64,000 bases of DNA from positions 2,572-66,571 of the forward strand of contig CAVKML010000013.1 in assembly GCA_963657715.1 (NCBI GenBank). The letters run 5' to 3'. This document shows positions 10,835-20,396 of the stretch, in pieces. The first letter of the stretch is position 1, and every line of letters starts with the position of its first letter. Made by a program: the position numbers and the translations under genes. The DNA is from an uncultured bacterium (GTDB lineage: Bacteria > Bacteroidota > Bacteroidia > Bacteroidales > UBA932). Under the pieces are notes generated by a model. The model searched no databases, had not been told where the DNA came from, and was given only the letters and a program-made list of their open reading frames with translations.

Positions 10835-12541
10835 ATGTACAAGAAAATATTGACAATATTCGCTCTTGCCGCTTCGCTTCTCGCCTGCAACAAGGCTGAG
10901 ACCGAGGTTGTGGCTCCGGAGAACGGTGCAAAGACCTTGACGATCACAGCGTCTCTCGGGGATCCTGACACCCGCCTTTCATATTCAGAGGCAGCCGACG
11001 GCAGCTACAAGGCAAGCTTCAACAACGATGATGTGATCTGGGCATATTTCGCAAAGACAGACAACTCGGTTGCCGGTTCCGCGATAAAACTTGCCATTGA
11101 TCCTAAGTCCATTTCCTTTGACGGTAAGACGGCTTGTTTCCGCCAGCCTGGCGTGACTATTCCGGAAGGTGCGGCAAAGATCATCGCATACCTCTCGAAC
11201 ACGGCCAACACCACCAACTTTGACGGTGGCGACGAGATTGTGTCTGACATCAGTTCACAGACCAACCTTACAGCGGCTCTGAACAATCAGGTCATCTATG
11301 GTGCCCTTGACTTCAAGGATATGACATCCGCTGATCCAAGCGTCATTGCAGCCAGCATTCCTTTCGCCTACAAGACTAGCCTTCTCAAGTTCAGCCTTGC
11401 CCTTCCGGAAGGAGCCGAGGTTGATCCTAAAGCCACAGTCTCCGTCACTCTTTCCAACGGTAAGTTCCACAACAAGCTCCACATTTCAGGAGGTGTGCTT
11501 GGAGCCAAGAGCGAAGAAGGTGAATTCAATCTCGGAGCGACCATCGCCAACGGCATCGTTTCCGCCTCCGCCGCTGTCTGGGCTGGTGATGACCTGACTT
11601 CCAAGATATTCGTGAATATCGGCGAAGACACTTTCATCGCAGATTTCAAGCCGGCAGCGTCAATCGTCGCGGGAAAGGTTTACACAGTGGAGAGAACTCT
11701 CACAAAGATTTCTATGGAAAGTCAGTGGATCTCTGACGAGGCTGGTTCTGTGGATTTTCCTAACGGTGGCTCCGCCGCTGTTTCCGAAGGCTTCCTTTCT
11801 TACGCCAACGGCAAGATCTCTTGGACCAAGAACGAGACTGGCAAGCCTCGTTCCGCAAAACTCGTCTTCGCCAACGGCTCCACCTTCGAAGCCCTCCAGA
11901 TCGGCGTTGCTGATTTCAAGGGAGAGTGGTCATTCACAACCAAGGTGTTTGCTCAGTCTGGGTCTTATGTAGCGGCAAAGGATCCTTATGTTTTTGAATC
12001 AGTCACTTTTGGTGATCCAAGAAACACTGAGGCTCTCAAGGACACTGATGACAAGACTTACACAAATAACATCGGTGTGAAAGGTCTATTCTTTGACACT
12101 GTCCTTGACGCTTGTCTTGACATTGATTATGACGCTAAGACAGCTCGTATCGGTTTCTTCCTTGACACCAGAGATGGTATTGGTCAGTCCGTCAATGGAA
12201 AGTATGCCACATATTTCCCTGGACTTGCGACCAAGAGTGCGACGGCTTGGGGAAAGCCTTGGCTTTATACAGAAACAGAGCTTGGTGATCCAGATTATGT
12301 TTGGATGTGGTTTAAGATTTCTGATGACTTCAACACCATTATGTACCAGAACAGGACAACCGCTGATGTTGAGCTTCAGACTTTGACCCAATATTCCAAT
12401 GCGACAATGAATCTTATCTGCGGCTTCGGTGTTGTTCTTTCAAACACGAATGTGTTCAACCACTCGACTGTCACCGCCTACGCGAACTTCTTCCAGTGCA
12501 ACCCTGCCGGTAAGACAGGCGAGTTCTTCACAAGGAAGTAA
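10835..12541 (+). CDS. Fimbrillin-like lipoprotein sharing its C-terminal module with 3085..6699
   Basis: ATG at 10835 gives signal peptide with lipobox LLAC; DTRLSY fimbrillin-like start; C-terminal similarity to the 3085 ORF. Confidence 0.7.
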   Translation: MYKKILTIFALAASLLACNKAETEVVAPENGAKTLTITASLGDPDTRLSYSEAADGSYKASFNNDDVIWAYFAKTDNSVAGSAIKLAIDPKSISFDGKTACFRQPGVTIPEGAAKIIAYLSNTANTTNFDGGDEIVSDISSQTNLTAALNNQVIYGALDFKDMTSADPSVIAASIPFAYKTSLLKFSLALPEGAEVDPKATVSVTLSNGKFHNKLHISGGVLGAKSEEGEFNLGATIANGIVSASAAVWAGDDLTSKIFVNIGEDTFIADFKPAASIVAGKVYTVERTLTKISMESQWISDEAGSVDFPNGGSAAVSEGFLSYANGKISWTKNETGKPRSAKLVFANGSTFEALQIGVADFKGEWSFTTKVFAQSGSYVAAKDPYVFESVTFGDPRNTEALKDTDDKTYTNNIGVKGLFFDTVLDACLDIDYDAKTARIGFFLDTRDGIGQSVNGKYATYFPGLATKSATAWGKPWLYTETELGDPDYVWMWFKISDDFNTIMYQNRTTADVELQTLTQYSNATMNLICGFGVVLSNTNVFNHSTVTAYANFFQCNPAGKTGEFFTRK

Positions 12542-12589
12542 ATTACATCTGGAGTATTTGACCGAGGTTAGGTAATCCACTATAACTCC

Positions 12590-12622
12590 AATCCGGGCGA
12601 CCTGTGGTGGGTCGCCCGGATT
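12590..12622 (+). terminator. Stem-loop ending the surface-protein operon
   Basis: 13-bp perfect inverted repeat aatccgggcgacc/ggtcgcccggatt. Confidence 0.65.
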
Positions 12623-12657
12623 TGTAATATTCATTGAAAATCATTTTCTTTGCAGTT

Positions 12658-12981
12658 ATGAGAGAAGATTTGTCACAGGTGCTTGATCAGGTGCGGAAGG
12701 TCGCCAATGAGAGTGTTCCGCAGGGCGGACACGTCTTTCTCTTTGGATCACGTGCAAGAGGTGACTTTAGAGAAGACTCGGATTGGGATTTTCTGGTCAC
12801 TCTTCAAAAAGACAGAATTGAGAAGAGCGACTACGATAGTGTGACTTATCCATTGACCCTCCTCGGATGGAAGTTAGGTCTTGATTTTGTGCCTGTCATC
12901 TACACGGAAAACGATTGGAACAGCCGTAAGGGCACTTTGTTCTACCATAATGTTCAAACAGACTCAATAAGAATTATTTAG
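12658..12981 (+). CDS. Minimal nucleotidyltransferase (MNT) antitoxin
   Basis: LFGSRARGD...DSDWDFLV signature; about 107 aa; adjacent to a HEPN gene. Confidence 0.88.
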   Translation: MREDLSQVLDQVRKVANESVPQGGHVFLFGSRARGDFREDSDWDFLVTLQKDRIEKSDYDSVTYPLTLLGWKLGLDFVPVIYTENDWNSRKGTLFYHNVQTDSIRII

Positions 12982-12983
12982 CC

Positions 12984-13391
12984 ATGAATGAGGACGAGAG
13001 AGGGGTGATTGTTGGGCAGGAAATAGTGAAGGCTCTGAAATTTCTGACCGATGCCGAGGAATTGGCAAGGTTGGAAATGTGGAACGTGGTGGCGAACAGG
13101 GCATATTATGCGCTTTATCATGCTGTGATGGCAATGATGGTCAGTGATGGGTTTTCTCCAAAGACTCATAGTGGCCTTATTACCGAGTTTGGCCGGGAGT
13201 ATGTTCTTACAGGGAAAATTGATCCGAAATATTCAAAGGTCCTTTCTCAAATGAGGTCTATAAGGGAGAATTGTGACTATGATGTCTTTTATTATACCTG
13301 TAAAGAAGAAATGGAGCCTGTTTTGATCACCGTAAGGGAATTAATCGAACTCATTAATGCACAGATTAATGATAGCACTTCGAAAAGATGA
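12984..13391 (+). CDS. HEPN domain protein (MNT-HEPN pair)
   Basis: NRAYYALYHA, KTHSG, R..CDY motifs; starts 2 nt after the MNT stop. Confidence 0.88.
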   Translation: MNEDERGVIVGQEIVKALKFLTDAEELARLEMWNVVANRAYYALYHAVMAMMVSDGFSPKTHSGLITEFGREYVLTGKIDPKYSKVLSQMRSIRENCDYDVFYYTCKEEMEPVLITVRELIELINAQINDSTSKR

Positions 13392-13549
13392 TCTTGTCGG
13401 AGCCGTCCTAATCCAAGGCATTTAGTCGAAAGGTGGTATTAATGTCATAGATGCGGATTATCGCTTGGACATATAACTTTGACATCCGGTCAATCAAATA
13501 ATAAATTGAAATTTATCGCGGTGATTTTGTTTATAATCTTTTTTGGAGT

Positions 13550-13557
13550 TACCTTTG
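13550..13557 (+). promoter_or_regulatory. Bacteroidetes -7 promoter box of aspA
   Basis: TACCTTTG with an upstream TTTG, 46 nt before the ATG. Confidence 0.6.
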
Positions 13558-13603
13558 TCGGAAGATTGTAAAACAATTTATTAACTGATAATATTAATTC
13601 ATT

Positions 13604-14998
13604 ATGAGCGAAGAGAAATTCAGAATCGAGTCTGATCTTCTTGGAGAACTTCAGGTTCCGGCTGAGGCCTACTACGGTGTTCAGACACAAAGGGCCCTCA
13701 ACAACTATAAGATTTCCAACACCAGGATGCGCGACTATCCTGAGTACGTCATCGCCATGGCGTGCATCAAACTCGCCGCCGCCGAGACGAACAAGGAACT
13801 CGGAGCGCTTGAACCGCACATCGCGGACGCAATTGTGGCCGCATGCCGCGAGATCATTGACGGCAAGCTCCACGATCAGTTCCCGGTCGATATGATGCAG
13901 GGAGGTGCCGGCACGTCTGTGAATATGAACGCTAACGAGGTCATCGCCAACAGAGCTCTTGAGATCATGGGGCACAACAAGGGCGAGTACCAGTTCTGCT
14001 CTCCTAACGACCATGTGAACTGCGCCCAGTCCACCAACGATGCCTACCCTTCTGCGTTCCGTTACGCTTTCATCAGAATGAACAGGAAACTGGAGAAGAG
14101 TCTCAAAGATCTTATCGGAGCGTTCAAAGACAAAGGTGAAGAGTTCAAGCACGTCATCAAGATGGGCCGTACACAGCTTCAGGATGCCGTTCCTATGACA
14201 TCCGGACAGGAGTTCCACGCTTACGCCACCAACCTTGAGGAAGAGGTCTTGAACCTTGAGAGAAACGCGAATCTTCTCTACGAAATCAACATGGGCGGAA
14301 CCGCCATCGGCACAGGTCTGAATGCCAAGCCTGGTTTCGCTGAGCTTTGCGCCAAGAAGATGACCGAACTCACCGGAGAACATTTCATCGCCGCTCCTGA
14401 TCTTGTGGAGGCAACTCCTGACACAGGCGCTTACGTAAGTTATTCCGGAGCTCTCAAGAGACTGGCTGTCAAACTTTCCAAGATCTGCAACGACCTCAGG
14501 CTCCTTACATCCGGTCCACGTTGTGGCCTCAAGGAGATCAACCTTCCTCCTATGGCCCCTGGATCATCCATAATGCCAGGCAAGGTCAATCCTGTCATTC
14601 CTGAGGTGACCAACCAGGTCTGCTTCAAGGTTATAGGCAACGACACCACCGTCTCATTCGCCGCCGAGGCCGGACAGCTCCAGCTGAACGTCATGGAACC
14701 GGTCATCGCCGAGTCCATCATGGAAAGCATCACCTGGCTGACAAACGCGATGAACACTCTGCGTGAGAAGTGCGTGGAAGGCATCACAGTCAACAAGGAG
14801 CGCTGCTACGAGATGGTGAAGAACAGCATCGGCATCGTGACCGCCCTCAACCCGATCATCGGCTATAAGGCCAGCACCAAGGTCGCCAAGGAAGCCCTTG
14901 AGACCAACCGCTCGGTCTATGACATAGTCCTTGAAAAAGGCATCCTCACCAAGGAGGAACTTGACAAGGCCCTTGACCCGAAGAATATGATCCGATAG
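13604..14998 (+). CDS. aspA: Aspartate ammonia-lyase
   Basis: [40 protein letters not shown] signature. Confidence 0.95.
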   Translation: MSEEKFRIESDLLGELQVPAEAYYGVQTQRALNNYKISNTRMRDYPEYVIAMACIKLAAAETNKELGALEPHIADAIVAACREIIDGKLHDQFPVDMMQGGAGTSVNMNANEVIANRALEIMGHNKGEYQFCSPNDHVNCAQSTNDAYPSAFRYAFIRMNRKLEKSLKDLIGAFKDKGEEFKHVIKMGRTQLQDAVPMTSGQEFHAYATNLEEEVLNLERNANLLYEINMGGTAIGTGLNAKPGFAELCAKKMTELTGEHFIAAPDLVEATPDTGAYVSYSGALKRLAVKLSKICNDLRLLTSGPRCGLKEINLPPMAPGSSIMPGKVNPVIPEVTNQVCFKVIGNDTTVSFAAEAGQLQLNVMEPVIAESIMESITWLTNAMNTLREKCVEGITVNKERCYEMVKNSIGIVTALNPIIGYKASTKVAKEALETNRSVYDIVLEKGILTKEELDKALDPKNMIR

Positions 14999-15017
14999 GT
15001 ATTTTTTGAATATATTG

Positions 15018-15056
15018 ACAAGGCCGGCTGATTTCTTTTTTTTCAGCCGGCCTTGT
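15018..15056 (+). terminator. Hairpin downstream of aspA
   Basis: 14-bp inverted repeat acaaggccggctga/tcagccggccttgt. Confidence 0.65.
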
Positions 15057-15119
15057 TCTGTATCGGGTGAGCCAAGCCCCGATTGAATCGCGCATATTAA
15101 TTGAGTTGTGCATATTACT

Positions 15120-15158
15120 AAAAAAGAGGGAAGTGATTGTTCACTTCCCTCTCTTTTT
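15120..15158 (-). terminator. Intrinsic terminator of susC/susD
   Basis: agagggaagtga/tcacttccctct stem flanked by A and T runs. Confidence 0.7.
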
Positions 15159-15174
15159 CTATGAGACAGTCAGA

Positions 15175-17022
15175 CTACTTGCTGTTGTCGAATGTACCGT
15201 TGTCCCAACCGATGTTCTGTGGGATCTCGCTTCCGGTGTTGGACTGGATGAATCCGTTAGGAAGTGGGAACACGTAGTCGTAGTCGTGGATGTTCGGACG
15301 CTGGATCCCATCGTTGGCGTTAGGGTAGTTCCAGCCGTATTTCCTGACTCTGTCCACGAGAACGTTACCATAGCCAAGGGAGGCGAGGTTAGGGTTGTTG
15401 GACAGACGAGAGAGGGTCACACGACGATGCTCCTCACCGAAGAGCTCGCGGGCGCGCTCGTCAAGGATGTAGTCAAGAGTTACCTCTGAGGCTGAGCAAT
15501 CGGCGGCGCCGGCACGCTCTCTGACAGCATTGATGTCATTTGCGGCGTTAGCCTTGTCGCCCTTGCCAAGGTAAGCCTCGGCGCGGAGCAGATATGTCTC
15601 AGCCACACGGGCTACATACCAGTCACAGTTGTACTGTTGCCAAGTAGGACCGGAAGCTTCGGTGCCGCGCTTGTCGGTAGAGAACTTCCAAAGGCGTGGC
15701 CAGTAACCAACTGTGTCGGCAGGGGTGAGAGTGTATGAAGGGTAAAGTGTCGCCACATCAGCGATGGCCTGAGGCCATGTCTTCTCACCGCTTGGCTGCC
15801 ATACATTATGCTGAATCATTGTCTCAGATCCACGGAAATCGTTCTTGTCATTCCATACATTATAGATATAGAAGTTGGTAGGACGCATGGCTGGACCATA
15901 AACACCGATTGTTCCGATAGAGTCAGGACGAGCTGAACCAGCCTCTGTTCCGTCAGCGAAGAAGTAACCGCCGTCACCGAAGATTCTCACGTTCTCCACC
16001 CCGTTGATGGTCTTGCGGGTATTGTTGGAGCGGATCCAGTTAGAGTTGATCGCAGCTTCAGCCTGGTTGTAACGGCATCTCCACCAAGAGTTTCCGCCAC
16101 CACCGGTACTGTAGGTTCCATAGTTGAACTGAGCGACCCAAAGAGCCTCGTTGTTTCCGTCTTCGTAGTTCTGGTTGCCGATCTGGAAAAGATCCCAGTA
16201 TGGATTCAGTGAGTGTCCGTAACGGTCTGCTGACTCACCCTTGCGCTGACCGTAACGGGCGGTCATAAGGTGATAGTCTCCATCTGTTCCGCTTATGACA
16301 CGTGTCGCGGCCTGGATAGCCTCGTCGAATTTGCCAAGTGTGTTGCAGATCTCGGCAAGGTAGTGGTCAGCGGCGGCTCTTGTGACACGTCCGGCAGCGG
16401 CAGCCGTCAAAGGAAGGTTCTCGCTCGCAAACTTGAAGTCATCGTAGCACTGCTGCCATACCTCTGTACGGGTGTTTCTAGGGTAGTCAAGGACAAGCTC
16501 CTCTGTAGGCTCTGTAACTACAGGGACACCACCGTAAAGACCGGCGAGGTTGCGGTAGAACCAACCACGAAGGAATCTGGCCTCGGCTAGATATTCATTC
16601 TTCTGAGTCTCGCTGTTCCAGTTGAGATCCTTCTGCTCAATGGTCTGGATGACCTTGTTCATGTCGTAGATGACATAGTACTGGTTTCTGAACCAATGGT
16701 CAACGAAACCATCGTTGCCGTTGTAACCATTATCCCAGTTACCTCCGCCGATTCCGTTTGTTCCGGTGGTAGTGAATGTGTCAAGACCGCAACCCATGAG
16801 AAGCCATGAGCAGGAATTGTGCATTACACCAAGAATAAGATACTGTACTCTGGCGTAACCATAGTTAATTGCGAGTTCAACATCGGCAGGGCTGTTGTAG
16901 AAAGTCTTTGAGTTGAGTGTGTATGACTTTTCCTCAAGGAACTTGCTATCGCTTTCGCAGCCTGTCACAGCGAACGTCGCGATCGCGGCGGCCGCCGCAA
17001 GAATATATTTTCTGATCTTCAT
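15175..17022 (-). CDS. RagB/SusD family nutrient-binding lipoprotein
   Basis: Lipobox VTGC; AEARFLRG, YGGVP, RVAETYLLRAEA, ILDERARELFGE. Confidence 0.95.
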   Translation of the reverse strand: MKIRKYILAAAAAIATFAVTGCESDSKFLEEKSYTLNSKTFYNSPADVELAINYGYARVQYLILGVMHNSCSWLLMGCGLDTFTTTGTNGIGGGNWDNGYNGNDGFVDHWFRNQYYVIYDMNKVIQTIEQKDLNWNSETQKNEYLAEARFLRGWFYRNLAGLYGGVPVVTEPTEELVLDYPRNTRTEVWQQCYDDFKFASENLPLTAAAAGRVTRAAADHYLAEICNTLGKFDEAIQAATRVISGTDGDYHLMTARYGQRKGESADRYGHSLNPYWDLFQIGNQNYEDGNNEALWVAQFNYGTYSTGGGGNSWWRCRYNQAEAAINSNWIRSNNTRKTINGVENVRIFGDGGYFFADGTEAGSARPDSIGTIGVYGPAMRPTNFYIYNVWNDKNDFRGSETMIQHNVWQPSGEKTWPQAIADVATLYPSYTLTPADTVGYWPRLWKFSTDKRGTEASGPTWQQYNCDWYVARVAETYLLRAEAYLGKGDKANAANDINAVRERAGAADCSASEVTLDYILDERARELFGEEHRRVTLSRLSNNPNLASLGYGNVLVDRVRKYGWNYPNANDGIQRPNIHDYDYVFPLPNGFIQSNTGSEIPQNIGWDNGTFDNSK

Positions 17023-17034
17023 AATGCTGTCTGA

Positions 17035-20000
17035 TTAAAATGTGATGTTGGCACCGAAAGACACTGTTCTGTAAGTAGGGGTAGATCCGTAACGTGTACT
17101 TGACATGTCGCCGGCGACAGTGCCACCATTCTCAGGATCAAGTCCTGACCATCCGGTGATGGTGAAGAGGTCGGTGGCGGAAACGTACAGACGCAGATTC
17201 TGGATGCTCGCCTTGCGGAGGAGCTTTGAGTTGAAGTTGTAGGACAGAGTGAGGTCCTTGAGCTTCAGGAAGCTGCGCTGGTTCCAGTAGTTGTAACCGT
17301 AGGAGTTGGTGTAGCCGTATCTTGGATACTTGTTGGAATGATTGCTCTCGGTCCAAGGATTGATGTCTAGCTGGTTGTCGGTTGTGCCGATGCTGAATCC
17401 GTTAGGGTCGTAGCCAAGGAAGTGCTTGTCGTTACCCTGCATCCAACGGAAGCTGAAGTAGAGAGAGAAGTTCTTCCAACTGAGGGTGTTACCCAAGTTG
17501 ACGGTGAAGAGAGGATCCATGTCACCGATCCAGTCTTTGTCTGAAGTAGTGATCTTTCCGTCGTCATCGATGTCGGCGAACTTAAGATCACCCGGCTTGG
17601 CGTCAGGCATGATCACAGTGCCGTCTGAACTCTTGTAGTTGTCAATCTCCTCCTGGCTCTGGAATATTCCAAGAAGCTTGTAGTCCCAAGCTGAAGTGAT
17701 AGAGTGTCCTGGCATGAGGGCATAGCTTGAGTCGTAACCAACGCTTGTGACACCGGCGACATCGATGTTGTTGTTGTCGTCGAACAGTTTCACGATCTTG
17801 TTGCGGTTGAGGTCGAAGGTGAGGTTGGTCTCCCAATTCAGAGTGTTGACACCGTCGCCGTTGAGGTTGATGGAGTGGAGAGTGATCTCGACACCTCTGT
17901 TGGTCACCTTACCTGCGTTCGCGTCAACTGAAGGGAATCCAGAAACGTAAGGGATAGACCTGCTGAGGAGCTGGTCGGTGGTCGCTGAGGTGTAAACATC
18001 AACAGTACCATCAAGTCTTGATCCGAGAACTGCGAAGTCAAATCCGAGGTTCCACTTTGAGGTAGTTGCCCAGGTAAGGCTCTTGTTCTCAAGACCATTG
18101 ACGTACATGGCATAGACACTCTGCTCTCCAAGCCAAGTGTAGGTCTTGCCCACGCCGGCGATTGTTGAATATGCGGCTACGGCGCTGGATCCATTCTGTC
18201 CCCAAGAGAGACGGAGCTTCAAGAAATCAAGCCAGCTGACATCTTTCATGAAGCTCTCGTTGCTGATGGTCCAGGCGGCGGAAGCTCCGAAGAAGTCACC
18301 CCACTTGTTGCCTTCGGCGAACGCAGAGTAACCGTCACGACGGTAGTTACCTGTCAGATAGTAGCGGTTCGCGAAATTGTAGTTCAATCTTGCGAGGTAA
18401 GAGATTCGCTGCCAGCTTGTACGCTGACGGGCGGCAGTCAAGTTGCCAGCGTTGGACAAATCCAATCCATAGGTGCCGAGGTCGGTGGCGGCAGGAATGT
18501 CGAACTCGCTGAAGTCGATCCTGATGGCCTCCTGATTGTAAGCCTCGCGGGTGTAACCGGCAAGAGCGTCGATGTGATGCTGCTTGATGTCGGTCGTGTA
18601 GGTGAGGATGTTGTCAATGTTCCAGTTGGATGTGTGGTAATCACGCACATAACCCTTTGACTGACCTATGTATTTGTAAGGATTGGCAAGGTCGTCTGCC
18701 ACTCTTGTGTCAAGATAGAGCTGAGGGTTGTTGAAAAGATCCTGCTGAGAGGTGTTGCGCTGGGCGTTGAGGGTCAGCTTGTACTGAAGACCAGGAAGGA
18801 ACGGGAAGTCGATCTGGGCATAGCCTACTCCTCCCACGTTGTAACCAACGGTCTGGTTGTCAGTCCAAAGGTAGCTGGCGTTCTCACGTCCCCACAGAGG
18901 GTTGATCTTGTCCTCACCGGTAGGGTTGGAGTTGATCCAGCTCTCGTAACCCTTGATCTCGGAATGAGTGTAGGAATATGGGCTCATCCAAGTGGCGGCC
19001 TGCATTGAAGGGGTGCAACCCCAGCTCTTGGAACCCATGTAACGTCCTGTGAGGCCAACGGTAAGCCAGTCGGCAACCTTGGTGTCCACTTTGGACATCA
19101 CGTTGAACTTGCGGAAGTTGTCTCCCTTGAGGACACCTCTTGTTCTGTCGTATCCTCCTGAGATGTAGTAAGAAGTGGCGTTCTTCCTTCCGGAGACGCT
19201 GAGGCTGTAGCTCTGTGAAGGGGCGGTCTGTGAGATCTCGTCAAACCAGTCGACCTTGTTTTTAGATTCGTAAACCTCAAGCTCACGCTGTGAGAAGACA
19301 GCGCCCGGAGTGACTTCCTCAGTGGCGGAGATCTTATTAGCGGCTACCATGGCGAGGAAACGATGCTCGATGAATGTGTCGTCATCGGTCTGCATCCTTG
19401 GCCTGCGGCCCCAAGTGTTGAATTTCAGGTCTGCGTTGAAATTGACGGTCGGCTTGTCGGATCTTCCGCTCTTGGTGGTGATGACGATCACACCGTTGGC
19501 GGCGCGGGATCCGTAGATGGCGGCCGATGAAGCGTCCTTCATCACATCGATGCTCTGGATGTCGTTGGTCTGGATCTCCTGGATCGAGCCGTAGAAGATC
19601 GCTCCGTCAACGATGATCATCGGGGAGTTCGTGCTCTCAGCGCTTGTTGATGTGCTGGAAGGGATCGTGTTACGTCCGCGAAGGGTCATCGTGCTGAGGT
19701 TGCTGCCCGAAGCGGAGTTGGTAGGAAGGTAGTGGAGACCGGCGACCTTACTTGACAATGCCACGAAAGCATTTGGGTTAGGAAGGTTGGCGATGTCTTT
19801 GTTGCTTCCGTAGTTCACGCTAGCGATGGCTCCGGACACGTCCTTTTTGCGCGCTGTGCCGTAGCCGACAACAACAACTTCGTCAAGGAAGTTTGAGTCG
19901 TCGGCCAGAACAACATTGATTACTTTCTGTGAGCCGACAGTGACTTCCTGAGCGGCATAGCCGATGGATGAGAAAACCAGAACTGATCCGGACTTCACGC

Positions 20001-20187
20001 TCGGAAGGTTCCATGAACCATCAAGTTCTGTCATAGTTCCGGTGGTCGTGCCCTTCACGAGGACATTCACACCGACCAGAGGTTCACCAGCCTTGTCCGT
20101 GACCTTTCCGGACACGGCGGACTGGGCGAATGCCTGCACTCCAATTGTCAGAAGCACAAGCAAAGTCGTAAATAATCGTTTACCCAT
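17035..20187 (-). CDS. SusC/RagA family TonB-dependent transporter
   Basis: LDEVVVVGYG, DIQSIDVMKDASSAAIYGSRAANGVIVITTK, C-terminal Phe; susD downstream. Confidence 0.97.
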   Translation of the reverse strand: MGKRLFTTLLVLLTIGVQAFAQSAVSGKVTDKAGEPLVGVNVLVKGTTTGTMTELDGSWNLPSVKSGSVLVFSSIGYAAQEVTVGSQKVINVVLADDSNFLDEVVVVGYGTARKKDVSGAIASVNYGSNKDIANLPNPNAFVALSSKVAGLHYLPTNSASGSNLSTMTLRGRNTIPSSTSTSAESTNSPMIIVDGAIFYGSIQEIQTNDIQSIDVMKDASSAAIYGSRAANGVIVITTKSGRSDKPTVNFNADLKFNTWGRRPRMQTDDDTFIEHRFLAMVAANKISATEEVTPGAVFSQRELEVYESKNKVDWFDEISQTAPSQSYSLSVSGRKNATSYYISGGYDRTRGVLKGDNFRKFNVMSKVDTKVADWLTVGLTGRYMGSKSWGCTPSMQAATWMSPYSYTHSEIKGYESWINSNPTGEDKINPLWGRENASYLWTDNQTVGYNVGGVGYAQIDFPFLPGLQYKLTLNAQRNTSQQDLFNNPQLYLDTRVADDLANPYKYIGQSKGYVRDYHTSNWNIDNILTYTTDIKQHHIDALAGYTREAYNQEAIRIDFSEFDIPAATDLGTYGLDLSNAGNLTAARQRTSWQRISYLARLNYNFANRYYLTGNYRRDGYSAFAEGNKWGDFFGASAAWTISNESFMKDVSWLDFLKLRLSWGQNGSSAVAAYSTIAGVGKTYTWLGEQSVYAMYVNGLENKSLTWATTSKWNLGFDFAVLGSRLDGTVDVYTSATTDQLLSRSIPYVSGFPSVDANAGKVTNRGVEITLHSINLNGDGVNTLNWETNLTFDLNRNKIVKLFDDNNNIDVAGVTSVGYDSSYALMPGHSITSAWDYKLLGIFQSQEEIDNYKSSDGTVIMPDAKPGDLKFADIDDDGKITTSDKDWIGDMDPLFTVNLGNTLSWKNFSLYFSFRWMQGNDKHFLGYDPNGFSIGTTDNQLDINPWTESNHSNKYPRYGYTNSYGYNYWNQRSFLKLKDLTLSYNFNSKLLRKASIQNLRLYVSATDLFTITGWSGLDPENGGTVAGDMSSTRYGSTPTYRTVSFGANITF

Positions 20188-20300
20188 AAAACTTTATTTA
20201 ATAAATGGTTTTGTCAAACCTAGCATCTTTAGTAAAACCTAAGGTGATACTAACGCATAATGCCCACGGGGGGGTGCTATTAAAACGCATTAATAGCATA

Positions 20301-20308
20301 CAAAAATA
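20301..20308 (-). promoter_or_regulatory. -7 promoter box for susC
   Basis: TATTTTTG on the minus strand about 115 nt upstream of the susC ATG. Confidence 0.5.
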
Positions 20309-20396
20309 GGTTATTGCGCCTAAACAAGTTGAGATTTTTTGGTAAAAATACTTTGAAAATTGATTTCAGGCCTAGTCGAAGGTCTGCACAAGGCAC

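Noticed and set aside
13490..14383. 297-aa antisense ORF over aspA (likewise 21988-22833, 42654-43544, 44511-45353, 6921-7637)
   Set aside because: Shadow ORFs opposite well-supported genes, expected from codon bias; no recognisable motifs
20268..20274. G7 tract as a phase-variation switch for susC
   Set aside because: Short, and located in the leader rather than between promoter boxes or in the CDS
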